Assembly (NCBI GenBank): GCA_036785375.1
Contig: JAWMAR010000478.1
Location: 186,001 to 250,000, forward strand
Reading direction: 5' to 3'
DNA length: 64,000 nt
Source: Leucoraja ocellata
Taxonomy: Eukaryota
A program made the translations under genes and the position numbers. The notes beneath the pieces are model-generated. The model was not told the DNA's origin, did not search any database, and was given only the letters and a program-made list of their open reading frames with translations. Of the stretch, positions 51,266 through 64,000 are shown one piece after another (position 1 is the stretch's first letter; each line of letters starts with the position of its first letter).

Positions 51266-52489
51266 TGTCCGATCCCAGATATCCCGTCAGATACCCGATC
51301 TCCCGGTCTGGAAGAGAAAGTTATTGCAGTAAAACTCCAGCGACCAATATACATTAAGCAACATGGATGCAATGCTGAGGCTCTATGAGGAGCTGGTGAG
51401 GCCACATTTGGAATATTGTGAGGAATTTTGAGCCCCGCATCTGATGAAGGATGTGCTGGCTCTGGAGAGGGTCCAGAGGTGGTTTACAGGAATGGTCCCA
51501 GTAATTAGTGTGTTTACATATGAGAGTGTTTGTCTGCACTGGGTCTGTACTAGCTGGAGTTTAGAAGAATGAGGGAGGACCGCATTGAAACTTACCGAAT
51601 AGTGAAAGGCTTGGCTCGAGTGGATGTGGAAAGGACTTTTCCACTACTGGGAGGGTCATAGCCTCAGAATTCAACGTTCTTCTAGGAAGGAGATGAGGAG
51701 GAATTTCTTTAGTGAGAGGGTGGTGAATCTGTGGAATTCTTTGCCACAGAAGGCTGTGGCAGCCCAGTCAGTGGATATTGTTGAGGCAGAGAAAGATAGA
51801 TTGTGAATTTGTCCGGGTGTCACGGGTTATAGGGAGAAGGCAGGAGAATGGGATTAGTAGGGAGAGATGGATCAGCCATGATTAAAAGGCGGAGTAGATT
51901 TGATGGGCTGAATGGCCTAATTCTGCTCCTATCACATGTCTGTAAATATCACCAACAGCATACGCTGCACCAACTACATTGAAGCTGTGGTCAATAAAGC
52001 AACTGATGTCTCATCTTGCTCAAAAGATGAAGGAAGTTCAGCATTTCTCCAGTGACTCACACCAACTTCTCCACATGAACTGTGAAAGAACACTGTTAGG
52101 TTGCGTTACGCTTTGGTTTGGGACCAGCTCTGCCCAAGACCACAAGAAATTGCTCAGCTTAGTTTAGTTTAGAGATACAGCACAGAAACAGGCTCCCACG
52201 GCCCACAGACCATGCCAACCACTTCACACACTAGTTCTATGTTTACTTTTTGAGATACAACACGGAAACTGGACCTTTACCCCACCGTGCCCGCATCAAC
52301 CAGCGATCACCCGTTCACACACTAGTTCTGTGTTTAGTCTAGAGATACAACATGAAAACAGGCCCTTCGACCCATCGAGTCTGTGCCGACCAGCGATCTC
52401 CCGCACACTAACACTATCCTACACACGCTAGGGACAATTTACAATGTTGCCAAGCCAATTAGCCTACAAACCTGCACGTCATTGGAATG

Positions 52490-52992
52490 AAGGGGGAAGG
52501 GGTGTGTGGGGAGGGGGTTTGTGGGGTTGCATGACTAGGGGGTGTCGTGTGGGTAGGGGAGGGAGTGTGTGTGAGTGTGGGGGTGTGTGGGGGGGGGGGG
52601 TGTGGGGGATGAGGGTGGGGGGTGAGGGTGGGGGGTGAGTGTGGGGGGTGAGTGCGGTGGGGAAGGGGTGTGGGGAAGGGGGGGTGTGTGGGAGTGTTGG
52701 GGCGGGGAAGGGTGTGTGTGGTGTGTGGTGGAGGGAGTTGGGGAAGGTGGGGTGGGGAGGGGGGGTGTAGGGGAGGGGAGGTGTAGGGGAGGGGGGCTGT
52801 AGGGGAGGGGGGTGTGGGGGAGGGGGAGTGTGGGAGGGGGAGTGTTTGAGTGCGGTCAACAGCCCACACTCTGCTGCTTCAGCTTTATTCTCGGCAGCTT
52901 CTGGACGGGCGACATCTGAACCGTTTTTGAGCAAATTTAAAAACAACACAGAGGGGAAGTGGTCAAGATGAGAGTTTTAGTAATAGTGTAGA
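52490..52992 (-). mobile_element. Second, 3'-truncated copy of a related Helitron
   Basis: The reverse complement begins TCTACACTATTACTAAAACTCTCATCTTG...TTGTTTTTAAATTTG, matching the 5' end at 33581. A similar CCCCACA low-complexity tract follows. Confidence 0.7.
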
Positions 52993-54024
52993 CAGAAGAT
53001 AGATTGTATCAGGATGCATCGCAGCTTGCTTTGGGAACAGCTCCATCCAACATCGCAACAGGTCCTTCGGCCCACCATGTCCATGCCAGCCCTTTTTTCA
53101 GCCCATCTATTGGTCTGATTGTATAATTGCCACGTGTACCAGAATTCAGTGTTTGCATGCAACCCAGGCTGGTCGTACTGTATAAGGTCATAAGAGATAG
53201 GAGCAGAATTAAGCCATTCGGCCCATCAAGTCTGCTCCACCATTCAACCATGGCCGATATATCTCTATCTCCTAACCCCATTCTCCTGCCTTCTCCCCAT
53301 AACCTCTGACACCAGTACAAATCAAGAATCTATCCGTCTCAGCCTTAAATAATCCACTGACAGCCTCTACAGTCTACTGTGGCAAAGAATTCCACAGATT
53401 CACCACCCTCTGACTGAAGATGTCCTTCCTCATCTCCTTCCTAAAAGAACATCCTTTAATTCTGAGGCTGTAATCTCTAGTCCTAGACTCTCCCACTAGT
53501 GGAAACATCCTCTCCACGTTCACTCTATCCAAGCCATTCATTATTCTGTCTGCCCCCCCCCCCCCCCCCCCTCCCCCCCTCGCCCCTCATTCTTCTAAAC
53601 TCCAGCTAGTACAGGCCCAGTGCTATCAAACACTCGTCATATGTTAACCCACTCATTCCTGGGATCATTCATGTAAACCTCCTCTGGACCCTCTCCAGAG
53701 CCAGCACATCCTTCCTCAGATATGGGGCCCAAAATTGCTCACAATATTGAGTACAATATATAGTGAGAGTCATGGGAGAGGGAGACACAGAAATACCTTT
53801 CTGTCCTGGGCCACCTTCACGGTTAGAGTCAGGCCCAACGCAAATTGGGGAACAGCACCTCATATTACGCTTGGGCAGCTTACATCGGTACGATTATCGA
53901 CTTCTCTAACTTCGTAGCCTTGCTTTCCCTCTGTCTCCATCCCTCCTCTTTCCTATTCTACAACCAGTCTGACCGTCCCCTTGACGGTCTTGTGGGAACG
54001 AGCGACAGACACGGAATTACGTAC

Positions 54025-54185
54025 CTGGGTTCTGTCCGCTGGTCGAGTATCGACTGACAAACACTCAGGGAGCCAGTGTCCTGATCCTCAGCGGCCGTCA
54101 CTGTGTGGAGAACACAAATGTGTAGAGGGGTAGATTAGCATCTGGAAATGGAAGTAAAATAAGGAAGTATTCTTTTATCAGCAAA
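54025..54185 (-). promoter_or_regulatory. Candidate non-coding first exon and TATA-less promoter of gene A
   Basis: The signal exon has a splice acceptor, so an upstream exon is required. This non-repeat island ends in the strong donor CCCAG|gtacgt (54025). It carries ETS cores GGAAGT (54150-54155, 54163-54168) and a GATA site TTATCA (54175-54180). Confidence 0.5.
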
Positions 54186-54188
54186 CGG

Positions 54189-56495
54189 GTAAGTAAATTA
54201 GTAAGTAAGTAAGTTTATTGGCCAAGTATTTACATACAAGGAATTTGCCTTGGTGCTCCGCCCACATGTAACAACATGACATACAGTGACAGTTACGAAT
54301 AACTCAGAAAACACTAAACATTAATAATAATAACACATTAATGATAAAACTCCATTGATCAAGCATGTGAACCAACCAAATACCAGATCAAAGGGAGGCT
54401 ACAGATTTTTGGCTGTTGAGTAGAGCAACTACTCATGGATAAAAACTGTTTTTATGTCTGGCTGTGGCAGCTTTGACAGTCCGGAGTCGCCTTCCAGAGG
54501 GAAGTAATTTAAAGAGTATGTGGCCAGGGTGAGAGGGGTCAGAGATGATCTTGCCCGCTCGCTTCCTGGCCTTGCAGTGTATAGTTCATCAATGGAGGGA
54601 AGGTTGCAGCCAATAACCTTCTCTGCTGATCGGACGATTCGCTGCAGCCTCCAGGTGTCGTGCTTGGTGGCTGAGCCAAACCAGACCATGATGGAGAAGG
54701 TGAGAACAGACTCTACGATGGCCGTGTAGAATTGGACCATCATTGCCAGTGGCAGATTGTGCTTCCTCAGCTGCCATAGGAAGTACATCATCTGTTGTGC
54801 CTTTTTGTCTGTGAAGTCGATGGTAGTCCCCCACTTAAGGTCCTTGGAGATGATGGTTCCCAGGAACTTAAAAGACTCCACTGATGTGACTGTGGTGTTG
54901 TTGATGGTGAGTGGGGAACGGGAGGGAGAAGATCTCCTAAAGACTACAATCAATTCCACTGTCTAAAGAGCATTGAGCTCTAGGTTGTTGCGATGGCACC
55001 AGGACGCCAGCTGTGACAACTCCAGGCCAACTCCTGTCTGTAGGCAGATTCCTCCCCATCCTGGATCAGTCCAATCAGGCTTGTGCCATACACAAACTTT
55101 AGAAGCTTGACAGAGGTGTCTGTGGAGGTGCAGTCGTTGATGTAGAGAGAGTAGAGGAGAGGAGAGCGCTTTGCGGTGCTCCTATGCTGAGCGTTTGCGG
55201 GTCCAAGATGTGCTTTCCCAGCCTCACATGCTACTTCCAGTCTGTCAGGAAGCTGGCGATCCACCGACAGAGAGGTTCAGGCACAGTCAACTCTGAAAGT
55301 TTGGAGTGTAATAGCACTGGCACAATGGTGTCGATTGCAGAGCTAAAATCAACAAACAGGATCCTTGAATAGGTCCCCTGGCGGTCTAGGTGCTGTAGGA
55401 TGAAGTGCAGGCCCAGGTAGACTGCTTCATCCACAGATCTATTGGCCCGATATGCAAACTTCACAGGGTCCAGCAGGGGGATTGTGATATTTTTCAGCTT
55501 GGCCAGCACAAGCGTTTCAAGTGTCTTCACGACTACAGAGGTCAGTGCAACAGGCCAGGGTAATCCTTGCCTTTTTGGGTACAGGGACAATAGTGGAGAC
55601 TTTGAAGCAGGCAGGGACAGTACATGTTTGCAGGGACTGGTTCAAAATGTCTGTATAGACCGTTGTTTGGCACAGAGCTTAAGAGTAGAGGGGGAAACAT
55701 TGTCAGGTCCTAGAGATTTACGGCTTTTTTGTCTTCTGAAAAGCCACTCCGCCTCCTGATGAAGTGATGTTGCTCAGCAAGGAGGGTGTGGGTAATTGGG
55801 TGTGAAGTGGTGATTGCAGGGGGGTGGGTGTAAAAGGGCCCAGTCTTTGCAGACTATCAGGCTGTGAATGGGTGTGAAGTGTTGGTTGGGGTGGGAAATG
55901 GTTCTGTCGTTTCATAGTGTAGTCTTGCCTTAAATAGATGTAAAGTGATGAATGGGAAGGAGAGGGTGCAGGGTCGATTCTTTGCAGACTGGGGTCTGGC
56001 TGTGTTAGTTGGGGAGGGCGGGAGGGGGAGTGGGGGAGAGGGTACCAGGGTTACGTTAATGATTTTCAAACCTGTAGTAAACTCATTCAGGTGGTTGGTC
56101 AGTTGACGATTGTCCAAAGAGCGGGGGGCTTTCATCTTGTAGCTGGTAATTTCTTGCAAGCCCTTCCAAACTGAAGACGAGTCACTAGCTGAGAACTTGC
56201 TCTGCAATTTCTCAGAGTACCTTTCCTTGGCAGCTCTGATTCCTCTTCTCAGCTTGTACTTGGCCTGCCAGTAGAGGCCTGCATCCCCGCTCCTGTAGGC
56301 CTCCTCTTTAGACTGTCGAAGCTGTCTGAGTTCTGCAGTGAACCAGGGCTTGTTGTTGTTGAACCATGTCCGGGTCTTAGTGGGAATGCAACTGTCCTCG
56401 CAAAAGCTGACATATGATGATACAGTGTCCGTATACTCATCGAGGCTTGTGGTGGCTTCCCTGAACACATTCCAATCCGTGCAGTCAAAGCAGGA
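54189..56495 (-). mobile_element. Rex1/Babar-like LINE, 5'-truncated and degenerate
   Basis: NNKPWF, FAYRANRSVDEA, ILFVDFSSA and FKFLGTIIS motifs; (TTAC)n 3' tail at about 54189-54214. Confidence 0.85.
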
Positions 56496-59403
56496 TTCAC
56501 CAGACTGATTCCTGGGATGTCAGGACTTTTATGTGAAGAAAGATTGGATAAACTTGGATTGTACTCGCTAGATTTTAGAACATTGAGGGGGGGATCTCAT
56601 TGAAACTTAAGGGGTTGGACAGGCTAGATGCAGGAAGAATGTTCTCGATGTTGGGGAAGTCCAGAACGAGGGGTCACACAGTTTAAGGATAAGGGGGAAA
56701 TCTTTTAGGACCGAGATGAGAAAAACATTTTTCACACAGAGTGGTGAATCTGTGGAATTCTCTGCCACAGAAGATAGTTGATGCCACAGTTCATTGGCTA
56801 TATTTAAGAGGGGGTTCGATGTGGCCCTTGTGGCTAAAGGGATCAGGGGGTATGGAGAGAAGGCAGGTACGGAATACTGAGTTGGATGATGGTCTCTAGT
56901 CTCTACACCCTCCCTGTCAAATTGGAGGTATTTAATCTAACGGTGTGCCAGCTTCCTGTTCCACAATGCCATGGTTAGGTTGCTGATTTGGATAAGACTG
57001 CACTGATTCAAGAATTGTTTAGGAAAGAACTGCAGATACTGGTTTGGACAGGCAGCATCTCTGGATAGAAGAAGGTCTCCACCCGAAACATTACCCATAC
57101 CTTCTCTCCAGAGATGCTGCCTGACCCGCTGAGTTAATGATTCAAGAATGTGTGGAATTGTGCAAGGCAAGTTTGCTCAACTAATTATGCAAAGTTTTAT
57201 AATAAATTAGCAGAGGGTCAGAATCAAGAACAGAGAACAGCACAGGAACAGCCCCTTCGAACTAAAATGTCCGTGCTGAACATAATGCCAAATAAATCTC
57301 CTTTGCCTGTGCATAATCTGGAATTCTGCATTCCCTGCATGTCCATGTGCCTATCTCAAGGCCACCAAAACTCCACTATCACCGCTGCATCGACCATCAC
57401 CCCTAGGCACCACCACTTTCTGGGTAAAAAACAATCCCCACACATTTTAGATCTCGTTAACTTTGAGATACAGCGTGGAAACAGGCCCCTCGGCCCATTG
57501 AGTCCGCGCCGACCATCGATCACCCGTTCACACACTAGTTCTATGTTTAGTTTTGAGATACAGCGCGGAAACAGGTCCTTCGGCCCATCAAGTCCGTGCC
57601 AGCCAGCTATCCCTGCACAGTAACACCATTCGATACACACGAGGGACAATTTTACATTGAAACCAAGCCAATTAACCTACAAACCCGTACGTCTTTGGAG
57701 TGTGGGAGGAACTGAAGGTCTCGGAGAAAATCCACGCAGGTCATGGGAAGAACGTGCAAACTCCGTACAGACAGCACACGTAGTCGGGATTCAACCCAGG
57801 TCTCTGAAGCTGTGAGGCAGCAACTATACCGCTGTGCCACCATGCCACCTCTTTCAGCTTCCCCCCCCTCTGACTTTAATTAGCCCCGTAAGTTATTCCT
57901 GGTGTATGAGTACGAGTCATGGAATCAGTGAAGTGGCAGAGACTTGAGAGGCCCAACAACCTCTTGCTTCACGAGGAAGTGGACAGAAGTAGTAACAGGA
58001 AACGTTCTGTGAAAAATGAAAATGTCCTTTTTGCAGAAGGGAAAATGTATCAAACAGCTCCCAAAGCTGAGATGCAGAACAGTCCCTTTATTAATCAAGA
58101 AAGCAAAGTGCTGGAGAAACTCAGCGGATCTGCGGAGGGAGTGGACTAGTATGGCCAGTTCCTTCTTTCCACAAATGACATTTCAGATTGAGTCCAGACT
58201 GAAGGAGTAGAGTAGAAAACTGGAAAAGCAAGGTCATAGTCAGAGTGATACCACGTGGAAACGGGCCATTCGGCCCAACTTGACCACACCGGCCAACATG
58301 TCCCAGCTACACTAGTCCCATCTGCCCACGTTTGGTCCACATCCCTCCAAACCTGTCCTACCCATGTACCAGCCTGTTTCTTAAACATTGGGATAGCCAA
58401 TGCCTCAACTACCTCCTCTGGCAGCTTGTTCCATGCACCAAACACCCTTTGTGAAAAAGTTACCCCTCAGATTCCAATGAACCTTTTTCCCCCTCTCACC
58501 TTAAATCAATGTCCTTTGGTCCTCGATTCACCTACTCTGGTCAAGAGACTGTGTGTGTCTACCCGATCTATTCCTCTGCATCTGCATAAGATCACCCCTC
58601 ATCCTCCTGCGTGCAAGGAATAGCATCCCAGCCTACCCATTCCTGGCAACATCCTCATAAATCTTCTCCAGACCCATTCCAGGTGAAAACATCTTTCCGA
58701 TCACATGGTGCCCAGAACTGAATGCACATATTCTGAATGCGGCTTCACCAACGGCTTACACAACTGCAACATAACCTCCCAATTTCTGAACTGTGCAAAC
58801 TGTGTGAGCAGGTGTGAATGGGTCCAAAGCCTGGCAAGTGATAGTGGATACAGGTGAGGGGGGCAGATGATTAGACTAGGTGGAGAATCTAAGTACAGAG
58901 GTCACAGCCACAGAATTGAAGGACGTTCTTTTGGGAAAGCGATAAGAAGGAATTTCTTCGGTCAGAGGATGGCGAGTGTGGAATTATTTGCCACACAAGG
59001 CTGTGGAGGCCGTCAATTAATATTTTTTAAGGTACAAAATACACCAGATAGATTCTTGATTAGTACGGGTGTCAGGGGTTATGGGGAGAAGGCAGGAGAA
59101 TAGGTTGAGAGGGGAAGATAGACCAGCCATGATTGAATGATTGCTGTAGACTTGATGGGCCGAATGGCTTAATTCGGCTCCTATCATAAGGTCATCAGGA
59201 ATAGGAGTAGAAGAATGTATTTTAATTCTGAGGCTGTGACCTCTACGCCTAGACTCACCCAATGGTGGAAATATTCTCTTAACATCCACTCTATCCAAGC
59301 CTTTCACTATTCTGTATTTTTCAATGAGGTCTCCTCTCATTCTTCTCAACTCCAGCGAGAACAGGCCCAGTGCCACAAGCGCTAATCAGCTTAACCTCCA
59401 GAT

Positions 59404-59990
59404 TACCATATAACCATATAACAATTATAGCACGGAAACAGGCCATCTCGGCCCTTCTAGTCCGTGCCGAACACTTATTCTCCCCTAGTCCCATCTATCT
59501 GCGCTCAGACCATAACCCTCCATTCCTTTCCCATCCATCTACCTATCCAATTTATTTTTAAATGCTAAAATTGAACCTGCCTTCACCACTTCCACTGGAA
59601 GCTCATTCCACACCGCTACCACTCTGAGTAAAGAGGTTCCCCCTCATGTTACCCCCAAACATCTGTCCCTTAATTCTCAAATTATGTCCTCTTGTTTGAA
59701 TCTTCCCTACTCTCAATGGAAAAAGCTTATCCACGTCAACTCTGTCTATCCCTCTTATCATTTTAAAGACCTCTATCAAGTCCCCCCTTAACCTTCTGCA
59801 CTCCAAAGAATAAAGACCTAACCTGTTCAACCTTTCTCTGTAACTTAGTTGCTGAATCCCAGGCAACATTCTAGTAAATCTCCTCTGTACTCTCTCCATT
59901 TTGTTGACATCCTACCTATAATTTGGCGACCAAAATTGTACACCATACTCCAGAATTGGCCTCACCAATGCCTTTTACAATTTTAACATT
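59404..59990 (-). mobile_element. CR1 3' fragment of the same family as 41425-45686
   Basis: Same accatataaccatataacaatta tail and ERVQRRFTRMLPG motif. Confidence 0.85.
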
Positions 59991-60934
59991 CCTGGGATCA
60001 TTCTTGTAAACCTCCTCTGGACCCTCTCCAGAGCCAGCACATCCTTCCTCAGATACGGTGCCCAAAATCGCTCACAATATTCCAAATGCGGCCTCACCAG
60101 CACCTTATGGAGCCTCAACATTATACCCCTGTTTTTGTATAAAAGCCCTCTTGAAATAAATGCTAGCGTTGACTTTGCTCTCTTTACTACTGTCATCACT
60201 ATAACTTATGAAGTGGCAGAGACTCGAGAGGCCCAACGACTTCTTGATATATGAGGAAGTAACAGGAAATTTAGTGCTAAAAATGAAAATGTTCCTTCAC
60301 AGAATGAAGGGAAATGTATTCATTTGCATCCTCACGTCTGAGTTCCCCAGAGGTGAGGGTGCAAAACACTCCCTTTATTCATTGAGGAAACAAAGTTCTG
60401 GAGGAACTCAGCGGGTCTGTGGGTGTTAGACACAAAGTGCTGGAGAGCTCAGCGGGACGGGCAGCATCTCTGTAGAGAAGGAATGGGTGACGTTTCGGGT
60501 CGAGGCCCTTCTTCAGACTGAGAGTCAGGGGAGAGGGAAACGAGAGATATAGTCGGTGAAAAAAATGAGAAAATAATTTTTTACAGAGAGAGTGGCGATT
60601 CTGTGGAATTCTATGCCACAGAAGGTAGTTGAGGCCACAGTTCATTGGCTATATTTAAGAGGGAGTTAGATGTGCCCTTTGTGGCTAAAGGGATCAGGGG
60701 GAGTGGAGAGAAGGCAGGTATGGGATACTGAGTTGGATGATCAGTCATGATCATATTGAATGGCGGTGCAGGCTTGAAGGGCCGAATGGCCTACTCCTGC
60801 ACCTATTTTCTATGTTTCTATGTGATATAGAGAGAGATAAAACAAATGAATGAAAGATATCCTAAAACAGTAACAATGGTAAAGGAACCAAGCCATTCTT
60901 CTTTCGTGTGGCGTACACGGCCTAAATTGCCGTC

Positions 60935-62060
60935 GCGACATCAACCGCTTCAACTTCTCCACTTCCCTGTCTCACTCCAATCTCTCCCCCCCCCCCCCCC
61001 CCCCCCATGAACGTACAGCCATCGACTCACACCTGGACAATGTCCCCACTAACGAGCAGCAGGCCACTATCTCTAGCACCATCGCCGACTTCATCAACGC
61101 CCTTCCCCCCCCCCACCAGCCACCAACCTCATCGTTCCCCAGCCCCGCATGGCCCGATTTTACCTTCTCCCCAAAATCCACAAACTTGACTGTCCTGGCA
61201 GACCCATTGTCTCTGCCTGTTCGTGCCCCACCAAACTCATTTCCACATACCTTGACTCCATCCTATCCCCCTTGGTTAAATCCCTCCCGACCTATGATCA
61301 AGACACCTCAGACACTCTCCGTCGTCTCCGCACATTCCATCCTCTAGGCCCCCATCCTCTCATCTTCACCATGGACGTCCAGTCACTCTACACCTCCACC
61401 CCCCACCAGGATGGTCTCAAAGCCCTCCGGTTCTTCCTCGACCGGTGGAGCAACCTATACCCGGCCACTGATACTCTCCTCCGCCTAACGGAGTTGGTCA
61501 TTACCCTCAATAACTTCTCGTTTGACTCCTCCCATTTCCTCCAAATACAAGGCGTAGCTATGGGCACACGCATGGGGCCCAGCTACACCTGCCTCTTTGT
61601 TCGAGGCGTATCATGGCCCCATCCCCGACCTCTACCTCCGCTACATCGACGACTGCTTTGGTGCCACCTCCTGCACCTGCACACAACTGACTGACTTCAT
61701 CCGCTTCACCACTAACTTTGATCCGCACTCAAATAAACCTGGACCATTTTCGACACTTCCCTACCATTCCTTGACCTTACTATCTCCATTTCAGACTTCT
61801 GACCGACATCCACTATAAACCCACTGACTCATATGGCTATCTTGACAACTCTTCCTCCCACCCTGCTTCCTGTAAGGACTCCATCCCCTATTCCCAATTC
61901 CTCCGTCTACGCCGCATCTGCTCCCAGGATGAGGTTTTCCACACCAAGGCTTCACAAATGTCCTCATTCTTCAGGGAACGGGGGTTCCCCTCCCCCACTA
62001 TAGATGAGGCTCGCACCAGGGTCTCTGCTCTCTCTCCCCATCCCCCCACTCGCAACAAGG
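60935..62060 (+). mobile_element. Penelope-like element RT fragment; further pieces at about 63670-64000, and GIY-YIG/3' pieces at 36250-36560, 48690-49030 and 3930-4270
   Basis: ARFYLLPKIHK...GRPIVS, FTMDVQSLYT, GVAMGTRMGPSY and YLRYIDD motifs; VAQHFN...H...LEEQHLIFRLG...GMN in the 3' pieces. Confidence 0.9.
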
Positions 62061-64000
62061 GCAGGAGCCTGAAGACTGCAACAACCAGGTTCAGGAATAG
62101 CTACTTCCCCTCAGCCATCAGGCTATTAAACCTGGCTCGGACAAAACTCTGATTATTAACAACCACTTTCTGTTATTTGCACTTTACCAGTTATTTATTC
62201 ATGTGTGTATATATTTAGATCAGGGTATATGGACATATTTATCTGTTTTGTAGTCAATGCCTACTATTTTCTGTGTGCTTAAGCAAAGCAAGAATTTCAT
62301 TGTCCTATACAGGGACACATGACAATAAACTTACTTGAACTTGAACTTGAACTTGGAACTCATCCACTCCTCACTGACACCAGTTCCTGGGGGTTGTGAT
62401 GGTCTGAGAAGGAGCAGCAGCATTTTCCCCATTCCCAGGCCCACGAGAGGTCATTTATCCAGCATCTTAGAAACATAGAAAATAGGTGCAGGAGGAGGCC
62501 ATTCGGCCCTTCGAGCCAGCACCGCCATTCATTGTGAGCATGGCTGATCGCCCCCTATCAATAACACGTGCCTGCCTTCTCCCCATATCCCTTGACTCCA
62601 CGAGCCACTAGAGCTCTCGCTTAAATCCATGAATCCTTTTACTGAATCTGGTGGTACGCTCTTTCAAGCTTTTGGATTTAATTTAGTTTAGTTTAGAGAT
62701 ACAGAGCGGTTACAGGCCCTGCAGCCAACCGGATCGGCACCAACCAGCGATGCCCACACACTAACACTATCCTACACACATTAGGGAACATTTTTAAAAA
62801 CATTTACACCAAGTCAATTTACCTACATACCTGTACATCTTTGGAGTGTGGGAGGAAACCGAAGATCTTGGAGAAAACCCATGCAGGTCACGGGGAGAAC
62901 GTACAAAGTCCGTATTGTCAGCACCCGTAGTCGGGATCAGAGAAACATAGAAAACAGGTGCAGGAGGAGGCCCTTCGAACCAGCACCGCCATTCATTGTG
63001 ATAATGGCTGATCGTCCACTATCAATAACCCGTGCCTGCCTTCTCCCCATATTCCTTGACTCAACTAGCCCCTGGAGCTCTATCTAACTCTCTCTTAAAT
63101 CCATCCAGTGACTTGGCCTCCAATGCCCTCTGTGGCAGGGAATTCCACAAATTCACAACTCTCTGGGTGAAAAAGTTTTTTCTCACCTCAGTCTTAAATG
63201 GCCGACCCCTTTATTCTAAGACGGTGGCCCCTGGTTACGGACTCGGCCAACATTGGGAACATTTTTCCTGCATCTAGCTTGTCCAGTCCTTTTATGTTTT
63301 ATATGTTTCTATGAGATATCCCCTCATCCTTCCAAACTCCAGTGAATTCTGCCTGCTCTCCATGTCAAAGTTTCCTGGAGTCTCAGCTATGAGCCCCGTG
63401 TCCCAGACATGGTCTTGCCTCTTTCAGCAGCACTCCGGTCTCCCTTCCTGAGCTCAGACACCCACTTCGCCTCACATCACCTACTCTCACTTCTCCTTAC
63501 TTACACATCTACACCTCGACTAAACCCCCTGCCTCAACCAATTCAATTTCAATTACAGTAGCAATAGTCTTTATGGAGAAGATCAGTTGCTACCTGATAC
63601 ATTGGCATATCATAATCAGTAGCATCATCATACTCCATAGATTGTAACCAATAAGCAACTCTGTACACCAATCTGGACTACACTTCTCCCCACCCTGCTT
63701 CCTGTAAGGACTCCATCCCCTGCTCCCAATTCCTCACTCTACGCCGCCTCTGCTCCCAGGATGAGGTGTTCCACACCACGGCATCTAATTCTTCAGGGAA
63801 CGGGGGTTCCCCTCTTCCACCATAGATGAGGCTCGCACCAAGGTCTCTTCCATACCCCGCAACACTGCTCTCTCTCCCCATCTCTCCACTGGCAACAAGG
63901 GGAGAGTCCCCCTAGTCCTCACCTTTCACCCCACCAGCCGTCACATACAACAAGTAATCCTCCATCAGTTTTGCCACCTCCAATGTGACCCCACCACTCG

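Overview
Repeat-dense vertebrate genomic DNA. The mix of HE1-type tRNA SINEs, HER1/CR1 LINEs, Tx1, Rex1 and Penelope elements suggests a cartilaginous fish such as a skate or ray (inference). Most ORFs in the track are retroelement fragments or their antisense shadows. By hand-splicing I find a complete minus-strand Siglec-type receptor gene with 8 coding exons (51265 to 26467; 1620 nt, 539 aa). It encodes a signal peptide, a V-set domain with the sialic-acid-binding Arg, three intact C2-set domains, a TM helix and a tail with VVYANM and VEYAEL ITIM-type motifs. A further C2 exon is destroyed by deletions and a LINE insertion, then partly duplicated. The gene's 3' half is one arm of an inverted duplication spanning about 1-32.9 kb. 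The other arm carries the TM and tail exons of a convergent plus-strand paralog whose 5' exons lie left of the window. Also present: a near-full-length young CR1 with a TSD, two Helitron copies, a hAT-like MITE, nested Tx1 elements, Penelope-derived hammerhead-like motifs and a 33-bp G-rich minisatellite.
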